This document shows, piece by piece, positions 30,848 to 41,251 of a stretch of DNA of 64,000 nt; the stretch's first letter is position 1; each line of letters starts with the position of its first letter. The notes beneath the pieces are model-generated. The model ran no database searches, was not told the DNA's origin, and was given only the letters and a program-made list of their open reading frames with translations. The stretch spans positions 62,001 to 126,000 of the IMG/VR virus record IMGVR_UViG_3300023199_000204; one strand, given 5' to 3'. The position numbers and the translations under genes are program-made.

Positions 30848-32182
30848 ATGAAATTATTAGATCACAGCCCTCATTTAATTAAAGAATGGAATTTTAAAAA
30901 AAATATTAACATTAATATTGAAAATATATCTTATGGAAGTGGTAAAAAAGTTTGGTGGAAATGTAAATATGAGCACGAATGGCTTGCTGTTATAGGTCAT
31001 AGGACCTCTAGAAAGCAAGGTTGCCCTTACTGCTCTAATAAAAAAGTGTGTAAAGGCAACTGTTTGGAAACAAAATTTCCAGAAATAGCAGTAGAGTGGA
31101 ACAGTAAAAATAATTTTGGACCAAGTGATATAGTTTTTGGTAGTACAAAAAAAGTATGGTGGAAATGTAAAAAAGGGCATGAATGGAAAGCCATAATATG
31201 TAGTAGGGTTAAAGGGAATGGATGCCCATATTGCTCTGGATTAAAAACATGTAAAGCCAACTGTCTTGCTATTAAAAACCCCAAATTAGCAAAAGAATGG
31301 AACTATAGTAAAAATAAAAATTTAACTCCATATAAAATAGCCCCAAATAGTCATAAAAAAGTTTGGTGGAAGTGTGAAAATTCCCACGAATGGAAATATA
31401 TGGTAAAAGATAGGCACCGAGCAAAACATGGTTGCCCATATTGTTCTGGAAAAAAAGCAACTATTCAAACCTGCTTAGCTACATTGCGTCCAGATTTATT
31501 AGAAGAGTGGGATTATAATGAAAATACATTATCTCCATACGAAATTACTCTTGGTAGTGATAAAAAAGTTTGGTGGAAATGTAAAAAAAATCATAAATGG
31601 GCCGCCACGGTGAGTAATAAAGTTAATGGAAGCGGATGCCCATATTGTTCTGGGGCAAAAGTGTGTATAGATAATTGTTTGGCTACTAAAAACCCTACAC
31701 TTTCAAAAGAATGGAATTATGATAAAAATACCTCAACTCCTTTTGATTTTACATTTTGTAGTGGAGAAAAAGTTTGGTGGAAATGTAGAAATTGTAGTTA
31801 TGAATGGAATGCTCAAATAAGCAACAGAACTAATGGCTCTTCTTGTCCCATTTGCTCAAAAGGAAATGTTTCAAAAATATCTCAAGTTTGGCTTGATAGT
31901 TTAATCATTCCTAAAAAATATAGGGAGAAAAGGATATGTATTTTAGATAAGTATTTTACTGTTGATGCCTATAATCCAAGGACAAAAACAATATACGAGT
32001 TTTATGGTGATTTTTGGCACGGGAATCCAAAAATATTTAGGCATAATGATATAAATCCCGTAACCAAAACAACTTATAAAGAACTATATAATAATACAAT
32101 TGAAAAAGAAAATATTTTTATAAAATTTGGTTATAAAGTAATTTCAATTTGGGAAAATGATTTTAAGGAGATGTCTAAGTGA
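30848..32182 (+). CDS. Zinc-ribbon-repeat (x5) protein with C-terminal Vsr-like PD-(D/E)XK nuclease; putative homing endonuclease
   Basis: 5 x [P.L.KEW...KN...GS.KKVWWKC..HEW......R....CPYC]; then VDAY...IYEFYGDFWHG. Confidence 0.8.
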   Translation: MKLLDHSPHLIKEWNFKKNININIENISYGSGKKVWWKCKYEHEWLAVIGHRTSRKQGCPYCSNKKVCKGNCLETKFPEIAVEWNSKNNFGPSDIVFGSTKKVWWKCKKGHEWKAIICSRVKGNGCPYCSGLKTCKANCLAIKNPKLAKEWNYSKNKNLTPYKIAPNSHKKVWWKCENSHEWKYMVKDRHRAKHGCPYCSGKKATIQTCLATLRPDLLEEWDYNENTLSPYEITLGSDKKVWWKCKKNHKWAATVSNKVNGSGCPYCSGAKVCIDNCLATKNPTLSKEWNYDKNTSTPFDFTFCSGEKVWWKCRNCSYEWNAQISNRTNGSSCPICSKGNVSKISQVWLDSLIIPKKYREKRICILDKYFTVDAYNPRTKTIYEFYGDFWHGNPKIFRHNDINPVTKTTYKELYNNTIEKENIFIKFGYKVISIWENDFKEMSK

Positions 32183-33279
32183 AAATACCTTTTTTAAATT
32201 TAAAACCAGAGTCAGAAAGATTGAAGGATATGGGTTTAATGAAAGATATAGAAGAAATAATAGACTCTAATAGATTTTTATTTGGTCCAAAACTTGATCA
32301 ATTAGAAGATAAGTTAGGACATTATTTTCAAGCAAACGTCGCAGTAGTTGGAAGTGGAACTGACGCTATAGTTTTATCTTTAATGTCCCTTGGCATAAAC
32401 CGAGGAGACAGGGTTGGTTTGCCAGCTTTTAGTGCCATTCCTACGGCAACAGCAATTAAAATGGTTGGAGCAGAGCCAGTATATTTTGACGTTGATGCTG
32501 ACACTGGAGTTGTGGGAGATGCTGTTTATAAAAAAATAAAAGACTGCTATCTCAATGCTTTTATTCCAGTTCATCTTTTTGGAAAAACTGTTAATATTGA
32601 GGTAATAAATTTACTTAAAAAGTGTGGAATTCCAGTTGTTGAAGATTGTGCTCAAAGCTTTGGGTCTAAAATTATGACTTCTAATAATCAATTAATACAT
32701 ACTGGTTTGGCGGGAGACATAGGTGCTTTTAGTTTCTATATTACTAAAAACTTGGGTACATTTGGAGATGGGGGTCTTGTAGTATCTAAAAACAAAAGTT
32801 TAATAGAAGAAATAAAAGAATTGCGATTTTATGGACAAAAATCTAAATATGTTATGGGAAACTTGTGCGGCATAAATAGCAGGTTAGATGAAATACAGTG
32901 TAGTATAGTATTAAAAAAACTACAATATTTTCCTGAACAAATTACTTTAAGAAAAAACTTGAGACAACTTTATGTTTCGAAATTTAAAAATTACGGCTCA
33001 ACTTGCTATCTGAAATGGGATAGGGGTGATGCTCCCCACTTATTTCCAATAAAAATTACTCGTAGGAAAGATTTTATAAAAACATTAAAATATTATGGAA
33101 TTGAAACTGCTATACATTATCCTTTTACTCTTCCAGAAGTAATAGATAAAAATTTTAGAGACTTCCCTAATGCTCAATTTTTTAGAGATCATATTGTTTC
33201 TCTTCCATTTCATCCATATTTATCTAACGAGGAAGTTGAGTATATTGTTGAAAAGGCTGTTAATTTAGGAGCACGGTAA
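32179..33279 (+). CDS. DegT/DnrJ/EryC1/StrS PLP sugar aminotransferase
   Basis: SGTDAI, PVHLFG, EDCAQSFG, FSFYITKNLGTFGDGG (PLP lysine), NSRLDEIQ. Confidence 0.93.
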   Translation: MKIPFLNLKPESERLKDMGLMKDIEEIIDSNRFLFGPKLDQLEDKLGHYFQANVAVVGSGTDAIVLSLMSLGINRGDRVGLPAFSAIPTATAIKMVGAEPVYFDVDADTGVVGDAVYKKIKDCYLNAFIPVHLFGKTVNIEVINLLKKCGIPVVEDCAQSFGSKIMTSNNQLIHTGLAGDIGAFSFYITKNLGTFGDGGLVVSKNKSLIEEIKELRFYGQKSKYVMGNLCGINSRLDEIQCSIVLKKLQYFPEQITLRKNLRQLYVSKFKNYGSTCYLKWDRGDAPHLFPIKITRRKDFIKTLKYYGIETAIHYPFTLPEVIDKNFRDFPNAQFFRDHIVSLPFHPYLSNEEVEYIVEKAVNLGAR

Positions 33280-33281
33280 TA

Positions 33282-34223
33282 ATGAAAATATTAGTGACGG
33301 GACACTGCGGATTTATAGGACAAAATTTTGTTAGATTGTTTAAAGACAAATATGAAATAATTGGCTTTGATAAACTAGGGTATGCTTCAGATCCAAACGC
33401 ATTTGATTTATGCGAAGGGATGGTTGGTGATTTAGCGAAAGCAGATTGTGTTGATGATTTCTTTAAAAAATATGGACCGTTTTCATATATTTATCATTTT
33501 GCTGCCGAGTCGCACGTTGATAATTCAATTAACTCGCCTGAACCTTTTATTCAAAGTAATATAATTGGAACATTTAATTTATTAGAGGCGGTAAGAAAAT
33601 ATAACAAAGATGCTACTGTTGTTATTATTGGAACAGATGAAGAGTATGGAAGTTTAAACTATACCGAACCTCCCTTTACAACAGTTTCGCCTTTATTTCC
33701 AAGCTCTCCATATTCCGCAAGCAAAGCTTCTGCATCTTTATTAGGAAAATCTTACAATACAACATACGGTTTATGGGTAGTCTTTACAAAATCTGTAAAT
33801 AATTACGGACCGTATCAGTATTATGAAAAACTTATTCCTGTAGTAATTAACTGTGCTCTTAACGATAAACCAATTCCTGTTTATGGAAACGGTAAAAATG
33901 TTAGAGAGTGGATATTCGTTGAAGATAATTGCAAAGGAATATTAGAAGCAGGAACCAAAAGTATGCCTGGAATGATTAGTTTTATAGGTACTGGTAATGA
34001 ATTTTCTAATATAGATTTAATTAAGATGATTTTAAAATTAATGAATAAGCCAGAATCATTAATCTCATTTATTGAGGATAGAAAAGGGCACGACAAAAGA
34101 TATGCTCTTGATTCAAAACATTATCCTACTCCTTGGGAGCCTAAAATAGATATATATACAGGTCTTGAAAAAACCATTGAATGGTATATGAATAATAAAA
34201 ACTATTGGAGAACTAATGACTAA
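33282..34223 (+). CDS. rfbB: dTDP-glucose 4,6-dehydratase
   Basis: GHCGFIG, FAAESHVDNSI, TDEEYG, YSASK, NNYGPYQ..EKLIP, DRKGHDKRY. Confidence 0.93.
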   Translation: MKILVTGHCGFIGQNFVRLFKDKYEIIGFDKLGYASDPNAFDLCEGMVGDLAKADCVDDFFKKYGPFSYIYHFAAESHVDNSINSPEPFIQSNIIGTFNLLEAVRKYNKDATVVIIGTDEEYGSLNYTEPPFTTVSPLFPSSPYSASKASASLLGKSYNTTYGLWVVFTKSVNNYGPYQYYEKLIPVVINCALNDKPIPVYGNGKNVREWIFVEDNCKGILEAGTKSMPGMISFIGTGNEFSNIDLIKMILKLMNKPESLISFIEDRKGHDKRYALDSKHYPTPWEPKIDIYTGLEKTIEWYMNNKNYWRTND

Positions 34224-34818
34224 ACCAACAGATATGTGGGAAGGATTTTTAGAAGAAATTAGAAAAAATCTTCAAGAGGGTAAGATAAATACTTGGGCAA
34301 ATTGGGGAGTGGTAAGGAATACTATGGCGACTGATACAAAGGTTCTTGTAAAATATGCCGAGGCATTTGAGAAAAACATCAAGCCTTTAAAAGATTTTGA
34401 TTGTATCTTTGAATTCGGTGCTGGAAGCGGACAATTTTGTAAGCTTATTTATCAAAGAGGTTTTAAAGGACATTATACTATATTTGACTTTCCTGAATTA
34501 AATGAGATTTAAAAATATGTATTATCTCATTTAAATACTGTAAGATTTATTTCAGATCGAAAGGATGTAAAAGATCCTAAAAAAGAAAATAATTTATTTA
34601 TAACTATGAGTGCTTTGGAAGAAGCTCCAAAAGAAATTATTGAATTCTTTTTAACCCACGGGAAAAAGTTTAATCACTTTCTATTAAAATTTAGTGGTGG
34701 TAAAGGAGAATTTGAGAAGTTTATGAATTCTATTGAAGGAAAATGGGTTTATGAAGATGACTATGACAGAAAAGGAGTCTATGTGGCTTATGGAAGGAGA
34801 GTGAAATGCGTGGAATAA
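34216..34818 (+). pseudogene. Putative sugar O-methyltransferase interrupted by one in-frame TAA (34510-34512)
   Basis: The track's ORFs 34216..34512 and 34606..34818 share a frame; it reads FEFGAGSG...IFDFPELNEI*KYVLS...FITMSALEEAP. Confidence 0.8.
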
Positions 34819-35546
34819 TCTTAGCAGGAGGTACAGGCTCAAGACTTGGTCCCCTTTCCAAAGTAACAAATAAGCACTTACTTCCTGTTGGACCGGCCCC
34901 AATGATTTATTATCCTATATCTCAGATGCTTTTAAATGACATTGAGGACATTTGTATTGTTTCTGGACTAAGTCATCTTGGCTCTGTTGTTGAGCTTCTT
35001 GGCAGCGGAAGTAGATTTGGGTGTAGATTTACATATAAACTTCAAGACGAGCCAGGTGGAATATGTGAAGCATTAGCGTTATGTAGGGATTTTTCTAGAA
35101 CTGATTATATTGCTGTAATTCTTGGTGATAATATATTTGGCGATGTAATAGATTTAAATTATAAAGGCGAAGCAAGATTATTTTTAAAACAAGTTGAACA
35201 TCCCGAAAGGTTTGGAATTGCTGATGTTGATCATATGAAAAGATTGGTAGATATTAAGGAAAAACCAAGTGATCCGAAAAGTAATTTGGCTGTGATTGGA
35301 GCCTATTGCTATGGTCCAGTTATATGGCAACATATTGAATCTCTTACAAGATCTGAAAGAGGCGAGCTTGAAATTACTGATTTAAATAAAAAATTAATTG
35401 ATAATTACTATGTAGATTTAAAAGAACTTGATTTTTATTGGCACGATGCGGGAGAAATAAAATCATATAAAGAAGTTAATTATGAGATATGGGACAATAT
35501 GTCTAAAGAAGTGAAAGATAAAATAGACTGGATGATTAAAAGATGA
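34806..35546 (+). CDS. rfbA: Glucose-1-phosphate thymidylyltransferase (short form)
   Basis: GIILAGGTGSRLGPL..VTNKHLLPV, QDEPGG, ILGDNIF, EKP..PKSN, RGELEITD, WHDAG. Confidence 0.92.
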   Translation: MRGIILAGGTGSRLGPLSKVTNKHLLPVGPAPMIYYPISQMLLNDIEDICIVSGLSHLGSVVELLGSGSRFGCRFTYKLQDEPGGICEALALCRDFSRTDYIAVILGDNIFGDVIDLNYKGEARLFLKQVEHPERFGIADVDHMKRLVDIKEKPSDPKSNLAVIGAYCYGPVIWQHIESLTRSERGELEITDLNKKLIDNYYVDLKELDFYWHDAGEIKSYKEVNYEIWDNMSKEVKDKIDWMIKR

Positions 35547-36214
35547 ATAACAAAACAGCTATAGTAGTAATCTCTTGCCAAAAATTCAATCAAGCCTGGG
35601 CTCCGTTTTTCATTTTAATGAAAAAATATTGGAATGATTGCCCATTCAAATCATATCTGGTTACAGATTATGGAAACTATAAAGAAACCAATACAATTTG
35701 TTTAAATGAAGATTTAGGATTTTCATCCAATCTTAAAAAAGCATTGGAGATGATAAAAGAAGATTATGTGATCTATTTCCAAGAAGATTATTTCATTTAT
35801 TCAAAAGTTGATACAACAAGAATTGAAAACTATATTGAACATATGAAGGAACATAATATTGCTTGTTTGAGGCTTGCTCCGTGTCCTGGACCAACTGCCC
35901 CTTGGAGGCACGAAAAATCACTTGGAGTTTTAGAACCTGGGGAGCCATATAGAATTTCTACTCAAACAGCAATATGGAGAAAAGATTTTCTTATATCTTT
36001 GCTTCACGACGGTGAAACTGGAAGAGATTTTGAAATTAAGGGCAGTCAAAGAGTTAATGGTATGAAAGAAACTCTTTTGAGTGTATGGAGAGATGAAACT
36101 CCTATTCCTTATATAATTACGGGAATTGTTAGGGGAAAGTGGCTTGATGAAAGTATAGAGTTATTAGAAAGAGAAGGCATTCCTACTGAACATATAAATA
36201 AGGTGATAGAATGA
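35543..36214 (+). CDS. GT-A-like hypothetical glycosyltransferase
   Basis: YVIYFQEDYF, SKALEMIKEDY, QTAIWRKDFL; island context. Confidence 0.55.
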   Translation: MNNKTAIVVISCQKFNQAWAPFFILMKKYWNDCPFKSYLVTDYGNYKETNTICLNEDLGFSSNLKKALEMIKEDYVIYFQEDYFIYSKVDTTRIENYIEHMKEHNIACLRLAPCPGPTAPWRHEKSLGVLEPGEPYRISTQTAIWRKDFLISLLHDGETGRDFEIKGSQRVNGMKETLLSVWRDETPIPYIITGIVRGKWLDESIELLEREGIPTEHINKVIE

Positions 36215-37569
36215 TTAAATTAATAATATTCGATTTAGACGGAGTTCTTGTTGATGCTAGACCTCTCCACGAAAAAGCATTAAATATGGCTCTTTCCAAA
36301 GTTGATCCAAAATTTGTAATAGAAAAAGAAGAACATTTATCTACATACGATGGACTGCCCACAAGAGAAAAACTTAAAACTTTAAGTAAATTAAAAGGGC
36401 TTTCTGTTGAATTACATAATCAGGTGTGGAGAGATAAACAGTCAGCTACATTAGAGATTATAAAAACTATGACACCTGATGAAAAAATGATTTCTATTCT
36501 TTCAGAATTAAGAAAAAATTATACAGTTGTTGTTGCTTCAAATTCTATTAGAGAGACGTTAAAAATGATGCTTGTAAGAAAAGGCTTAATAGAACATATT
36601 GATTATTATTACAGTAATCAAGATGTAATAATGCCTAAACCAAATAGTGAAATGTATTTAAGGTGTATGTTAAAAGCGAATGTTAATCCAAAAGAAACTT
36701 TAATAGTTGAAGATTCACATATAGGAAGGCAAGCAGCAATTAACTCTGGTGCTCATTTATGTGCGGTGAGAGATCCAGATGATTTAACATTGGAGAAAAT
36801 CAAATCTCATCTTGATGGTGTTAATGAGGTTAAAAGACCTAAATGGCAGGGTGGTAAAATGAATGTATTAATTCCTATGGCTGGAGCGGGCAGTCGCTTT
36901 CAACAAGCAGGCTACACATTTCCCAAACCTTTAATTGAGGTGGAAGGAAAGCCTATGATACAATTAGTTATTGAAAATCTTAATATAGAAGGAAGGCATA
37001 TATTTGTTGTTCAAAAGGAACATTATGAGAAATTTAACTTAAAATATATGTTAAACTTAATTGCTCCTAATTGTGAAATTGTTCAAGTAGATGGGATAAC
37101 TGAAGGAGCTTGTTGTACGACGCTTTTGGCGAAGGAATTTATTAATAATGATGAGCCTTTATTAATCGCGAACAGCGACCAGTTTATTGAGTGGGATAGC
37201 AATGAGTTTATGTATTCTATGATTGGCGATACAGTAGATGGTGGCATCTTAACATTTAAAAATACACATAGTAAATGGAGTTATGCTAAACTAGGAGAGG
37301 ATGGATTTGTATGTGAAGTGGCGGAAAAAAAACCTATAAGTAGGAATGCGACCTGTGGCGTTTATTTTTATAATAAAGGTAGTGATTATGTTAAATACGC
37401 GGAACAGATGATTGAGGCAAATGATAGAGTAAATAATGAATTTTATGTTGCTCCTGTTTTTGAATATTTTATAAAAGATAATAAAAAAATCAAACTATAT
37501 GAGATTAAAAAGATGTGGGGTTTAGGAACTCCTGAAGATTTAGAGACCTACTTAAGGAGAAATAAATGA
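36211..37569 (+). CDS. HAD phosphatase fused to sugar-phosphate nucleotidyltransferase
   Basis: N-terminal FDLDGVLVD, ASNS, KPN, IVEDSHIG; C-terminal IPMAGAGSRF..AGY..PKPLI, ANSDQ, EVAEKK, GLGTPEDL. Confidence 0.9.
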   Translation: MIKLIIFDLDGVLVDARPLHEKALNMALSKVDPKFVIEKEEHLSTYDGLPTREKLKTLSKLKGLSVELHNQVWRDKQSATLEIIKTMTPDEKMISILSELRKNYTVVVASNSIRETLKMMLVRKGLIEHIDYYYSNQDVIMPKPNSEMYLRCMLKANVNPKETLIVEDSHIGRQAAINSGAHLCAVRDPDDLTLEKIKSHLDGVNEVKRPKWQGGKMNVLIPMAGAGSRFQQAGYTFPKPLIEVEGKPMIQLVIENLNIEGRHIFVVQKEHYEKFNLKYMLNLIAPNCEIVQVDGITEGACCTTLLAKEFINNDEPLLIANSDQFIEWDSNEFMYSMIGDTVDGGILTFKNTHSKWSYAKLGEDGFVCEVAEKKPISRNATCGVYFYNKGSDYVKYAEQMIEANDRVNNEFYVAPVFEYFIKDNKKIKLYEIKKMWGLGTPEDLETYLRRNK

Positions 37570-37949
37570 AAAATAAAATAGATGAAATGGAAAAGATTGT
37601 CGGTTTTTTAAAGTTAGATTTAAAGAACGGCAAAATAAATATAGTTTCGGATCCATATTTTGAAACGGAAGATTTTAAATCTTTTAAATCTTTTAATCTT
37701 AGTGAAAATAATATTGAATTTTCCAGAATTATTGGTAATGGTTATAAATTAAATTCTTACCCTATACCTTTATTAATGATTGTGAATAATAAAATTATTG
37801 GAACTGTTATTTGTAGTCGTTCTACGTGGAGGTGGCTTTTTTACTTAGATAATATTAAATTAAAACCAAATATTAAGCCTACCCCAGATATATATTCTAC
37901 ATTAGATAAATTTTTTAATTTACCAATAAAAGATATTATTAACATTTAA
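37566..37949 (+). CDS. Hypothetical protein
   Basis: 127-aa ORF, ATGA-coupled to the upstream gene. Confidence 0.55.
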   Translation: MKNKIDEMEKIVGFLKLDLKNGKINIVSDPYFETEDFKSFKSFNLSENNIEFSRIIGNGYKLNSYPIPLLMIVNNKIIGTVICSRSTWRWLFYLDNIKLKPNIKPTPDIYSTLDKFFNLPIKDIINI

Positions 37950-37966
37950 TTAGAGGGATAAATAAA

Positions 37967-38059
37967 ATGAATTTTACATTTGGAATTATAACTGGCGGAA
38001 ATGCTGAGGACAAAATAAAGGAAATAATAAAATCTATATATGAGGAAGTTGTTAGATGA
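37967..38059 (+). pseudogene. 30-aa stub duplicating the N-terminus of the glycosyltransferase at 39178
   Basis: MNFTFGIITGGNAEDKIKEIIKSIYEEVVR* vs MNFTFGVITAGNKTYIENIIKSIENE; own AGAGGGA RBS; its TGA overlaps the ATG of the nuclease. Confidence 0.85.
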
Positions 38060-39177
38060 CTTACATATCTGAAACAATTTTATTGTATGAGTGGGACTAT
38101 AATAAAAACATAGGATTAAATCCTAATAAAATAAAACAAGGTAGCAATAAAAAAGTATGGTGGAAATGTAATATTTGTAGTCAAAATTGGAAAGCAATTG
38201 TTAAAAACAGGTCAAAAGGGTCAAAATGCCCATACTGTATTGGAAGAAAAATTTATGAAAAAAATTGTTTATCAACAACTCATCCAGAACTAATTAAAGA
38301 ATGGGATTTTTCTAAAAACATTATATCTCCTAATGATATAAGTTTTGGAAGCCATAAAAGAGTATGGTGGAAATGTAAAAGCAAACATGAGTGGAGAGTA
38401 TCTATAAATAATAGAACAAGTCATAACTATGGATGCCCATATTGCACAAATAGAAAAGTTTGCGAAGATAATTGTTTAGAGACAAATTTTCCTAAAATAG
38501 CAAAAGAATGGAATTATAACAAAAATGGTGATCTAACTCCAAAAAATGTAATTTTCGGAAGTGGAAAAAAAGTATGGTGGAAATGTAAAAGCGGTCATGA
38601 ATGGAAGACTACTATAGTTAATAGGACAAGACTTAAAAATAATTGTCCTTATTGTTGTAATCAAAAAGTTTGTAATGATAATTGCCTATCAACAACTCAT
38701 CCAGAGTTTTTAAAAGAATGGAATTATATTAAAAATAAATTATCCCCCTATGATGTAGTTGCCGGTAGCAGTAAAAAAATTTGGTGGATATGTAAATGCG
38801 GACATGAATGGCGAGCTACTTTAAAAAATAGGACCAATAAAAATAGAAGCTGTATTAAGTGTTATAATAATAGGGTTTCTAATATTTCTCAAAAATGGTT
38901 AGATTTATTATCTGTCCCAAACAAGTTTAGAGAAATTAAAATTAATGTTAATAATAATAAATATATATTTGCTGATGCTTTTTATAACAACACTATATAT
39001 GAGTTTTACGGATGCTTTTGGCATGGATGTCCAATTTGTTTTCCAGAAGGAATTAATAAAGTTAATAAAAAGCCTTTTAAAACTTTATATTATGAAGTAG
39101 GAGAAAGAAATAATCTAATACTTTCATCTAATTATGAGTTAAAAAGCATTTGGGAATGTGATTTTAAGGAGAGATAA
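38056..39177 (+). CDS. Zinc-ribbon-repeat (x4) Vsr-like nuclease; putative homing endonuclease
   Basis: 4 KEW..KN..GS.KKVWWKC..HEW..R..CPYC units; ADAF...IYEFYGCFWHGCP. Confidence 0.8.
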   Translation: MTYISETILLYEWDYNKNIGLNPNKIKQGSNKKVWWKCNICSQNWKAIVKNRSKGSKCPYCIGRKIYEKNCLSTTHPELIKEWDFSKNIISPNDISFGSHKRVWWKCKSKHEWRVSINNRTSHNYGCPYCTNRKVCEDNCLETNFPKIAKEWNYNKNGDLTPKNVIFGSGKKVWWKCKSGHEWKTTIVNRTRLKNNCPYCCNQKVCNDNCLSTTHPEFLKEWNYIKNKLSPYDVVAGSSKKIWWICKCGHEWRATLKNRTNKNRSCIKCYNNRVSNISQKWLDLLSVPNKFREIKINVNNNKYIFADAFYNNTIYEFYGCFWHGCPICFPEGINKVNKKPFKTLYYEVGERNNLILSSNYELKSIWECDFKER

Positions 39178-39903
39178 ATGAATTTTACCTTTGGAGTTAT
39201 AACGGCGGGAAATAAAACATATATTGAAAATATTATTAAATCTATTGAAAACGAAAATATTCCTAATTATGAAATTATAGTAGTTGGCGGAAATCCAATA
39301 AAAAATATTTGTCATATACCATTTAATGAAAGTAAAAAGAAAATGTGGATTACTAAAAAGAAAAACCTAATAACTGAAAATGCTAAATATGAAAATATAG
39401 TTTATCTTCACGATTATATTAAACTAATGCCTGGTTGGTATAATGGTTTTAAAATATTTGGTAATGATTTTGATGTTTGTATGACCAAAATGGAGACATC
39501 AAGTGGAAAAAGGTATCGAGATTGGAGTTTATGTGCTTGGGCGCCTATTTTAGATTTAATAGGAGAGGAGAATAGATATGAAAGGCTTCTTCCGTATAAT
39601 GAAACCAGATTGACAAAAATACAATACATTTCTGGTGCTTACTGGGTTGCCAAAAGAGATTTTATGGTTAAGTATCCTTTAGATGAAGAGTTGGTTTGGG
39701 GGAGATCAGAAGATATTGAATGGTCTTATAGGGCACGAAAAGCCTGTAATTTTAAAATGAATGCTCACTCCTCTGTAAAGTTGTTAAAAGAAAAGGATCC
39801 GAGTTTTATCCTCGCGTCACAAAGAACAATAGATTTGTGCGTGGAGAATTTGGATTTAATTATGGAAAGAAATGAAAAGAAATATGAGGAAACTTGGAAA
39901 TGA
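39178..39903 (+). CDS. GT2-like glycosyltransferase
   Basis: NYEIIVVG, WITKKKN, VYLHDY, YPLDE.L.WG.SEDIEW. Confidence 0.7.
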   Translation: MNFTFGVITAGNKTYIENIIKSIENENIPNYEIIVVGGNPIKNICHIPFNESKKKMWITKKKNLITENAKYENIVYLHDYIKLMPGWYNGFKIFGNDFDVCMTKMETSSGKRYRDWSLCAWAPILDLIGEENRYERLLPYNETRLTKIQYISGAYWVAKRDFMVKYPLDEELVWGRSEDIEWSYRARKACNFKMNAHSSVKLLKEKDPSFILASQRTIDLCVENLDLIMERNEKKYEETWK

Positions 39904-40376
39904 AATTTATTTCGCATAGAGGAAACATAGATGGTCCAAATCCCGAAAGAGAAAATGATCCAGAATACATACAAGAAGCTCTTGATAAAGGGTTTGAAGT
40001 AGAAGTTGATGTTTGGTTTATTAATGGAGATTTTTATTTGGGACACGATTATGGTCAATATAAAATAACCAATCCAGATTTGCTATATGATAAAAGGGTA
40101 TGGTGCCACGCCAAACATATAAAAGCTTTGAAAGAAATGATTGAAGAAAATATACATTGTTTCTGGCATCAAAATGATAATTATACTTTAACATCTAATA
40201 AATATATTTGGGCATATCCTTTAAAGATATATAATCCACATACAATAGCTGTTTTGCCAGAGAACAATAATGTAATTCCAGAACATCTTGTTAAATGTGT
40301 AGGAATATGTAGTGATAATATAGCTTATTATAAAAAAGAATTTGAGTTGATAAGATTAACCAAGGAGATAAAATGA
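39900..40376 (+). CDS. Small glycerophosphodiester-phosphodiesterase-like (PLC-like) protein
   Basis: ISHRG...EN...IQEAL..GFEVEVDVW..LGHD; ATG at 39900 overlaps the upstream TGA. Confidence 0.75.
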   Translation: MKFISHRGNIDGPNPERENDPEYIQEALDKGFEVEVDVWFINGDFYLGHDYGQYKITNPDLLYDKRVWCHAKHIKALKEMIEENIHCFWHQNDNYTLTSNKYIWAYPLKIYNPHTIAVLPENNNVIPEHLVKCVGICSDNIAYYKKEFELIRLTKEIK

Positions 40377-41239
40377 AAGTATCGGTAGTTATTTCAGTAT
40401 GTGATAATAGGAAAGATATGTTTAAAAGGTCTTTGGACACCTGGTCCAAACAAACTATGGACAAAAAAGATTTTGAATTAGTTGTGGTTGATGATGCGGA
40501 AAGAAGTGATTTAAAGAAACTATGTAAAACTTACAGTAAAGAGCACAGGCTTCAAATACAATATTTAAACATCGACAATTCAAAAGCAGATGTGCCAGTA
40601 ACAACATTTTTACCTATTGTGAGCAATAATGTTGGAATGAGAATCGCAAAAGGAGATGTTGTTGTAATTACTGGTCCTGAGACACTACAGGCAGAAGATA
40701 ATTTAAAAATAGCTCACACAATGGTCGCAAGAAAAGAATGTGCCTATGGGCTTGTATATCGTTCAAATATACAGTTTGTTGATTATATTGATTCGAAATG
40801 GGATGAGCTTAAAGACAAACCTTTTGAAAATTTATTTAACATTGCTGGAGCTAAAGCTGACTGTAGAACAAGACCACCACATCCTCCAAGTTATTGGTAT
40901 TTAATGGCTGTAAAAAAAGAGTATGTAGAGAAAATTGGAGGAGTTGATGAGGCTTTTGCTAAAGGTTTCTGCGCCGAAGACGATGACTTCTCAAACAGGA
41001 TGGAAAGATCAGGAGTTATGCCTGTATTTGAACATAAAATGATTGGCATTCATCAGGATCATAGCAGAGAGGATAGGTTAGATGCTAAACATTCAATACG
41101 AAAAACACCAGAAGGGCAGAGGTTAAGAAGAAAAAACACTATGTTGTGGAAATCAAACACTGTAAAAGGCGTGGTTGAGGTTAATAAAGACCATACTTGG
41201 GGTGATACAAAAGTTATTGTAAAACACGAAACTTGGTAA
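40373..41239 (+). CDS. GT2 glycosyltransferase, paralogue of the 25074 C-terminal domain
   Basis: VSVVISV, ELVVVDD, VVVITGPETLQ, GGVDEAF, AEDDDF, IHQDH shared with 25074..26615. Confidence 0.88.
   Translation: MKVSVVISVCDNRKDMFKRSLDTWSKQTMDKKDFELVVVDDAERSDLKKLCKTYSKEHRLQIQYLNIDNSKADVPVTTFLPIVSNNVGMRIAKGDVVVITGPETLQAEDNLKIAHTMVARKECAYGLVYRSNIQFVDYIDSKWDELKDKPFENLFNIAGAKADCRTRPPHPPSYWYLMAVKKEYVEKIGGVDEAFAKGFCAEDDDFSNRMERSGVMPVFEHKMIGIHQDHSREDRLDAKHSIRKTPEGQRLRRKNTMLWKSNTVKGVVEVNKDHTWGDTKVIVKHETW
41180..41236. repeat. Direct repeat copy 1 (3' end of GT2 gene)
   Basis: 48/57 identical to 48380..48436, exactly 7200 bp downstream. Confidence 0.9.
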
Positions 41240-41251
41240 GAAATGCTAAAA

